Shown piece by piece: positions 63,986 through 64,000 of a DNA stretch of 64,000 bases. The translations under genes and the position numbers were made by a program. Numbering within the stretch: the stretch's first letter is position 1; each line of letters begins with the position of its first letter. Origin of the DNA: Okamejei kenojei. Taxonomy: Eukaryota. The notes below the pieces were generated by a model. It saw only the letters and a program-made list of their open reading frames with translations, had not been told where the DNA came from and ran no database searches. Location: the NCBI GenBank assembly GCA_035221665.1, contig CM069155.1, positions 29,326,001-29,390,000 of the forward strand, written 5' to 3'.

Positions 63986-64000
63986 CTCCTTATCTCTGCA

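Overview
Eukaryotic genomic DNA, almost certainly from a cartilaginous fish (probably a skate or ray). The inference rests on cluster-type, germline-joined Ig light-chain genes and the CR1/Penelope/Rex repeat families. The window is a minus-strand tandem array of lambda-type Ig light-chain (IgL) clusters, each organised leader - pre-joined VJ - C with no RSS. Cluster 2 (leader 29427-29475, VJ 28965-29306, C 26543-26865) is fully intact, with promoter, splice sites and polyA signal. Cluster 1 (6672-9700) has a divergent V and cluster 4 (56081-58153) is a paralog of cluster 2. Both carry many 1-bp indels that may be consensus errors. Cluster 3 is an orphan C exon (42745-43064) whose VJ, leader and promoter are replaced by a three-layer nested retroelement. 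Two older degenerate C pseudo-exons lie at 18304-18589 and about 34029-34262. The array grew by segmental duplication, and the paralogs give empty-site controls for many insertions (CR1, Rex1-like, Penelope, L1, Tc1, a MITE). A short interspersed repeat carries a minimal hammerhead-ribozyme motif (CTGAAGA-A-stem-GAAAC-GTH). Two copies sit in the J-C intron of the intact IgL gene, one with a 14-bp TSD. All comparisons were made by eye. Repeat boundaries are approximate, and both ends of the window are gapped and noisy.
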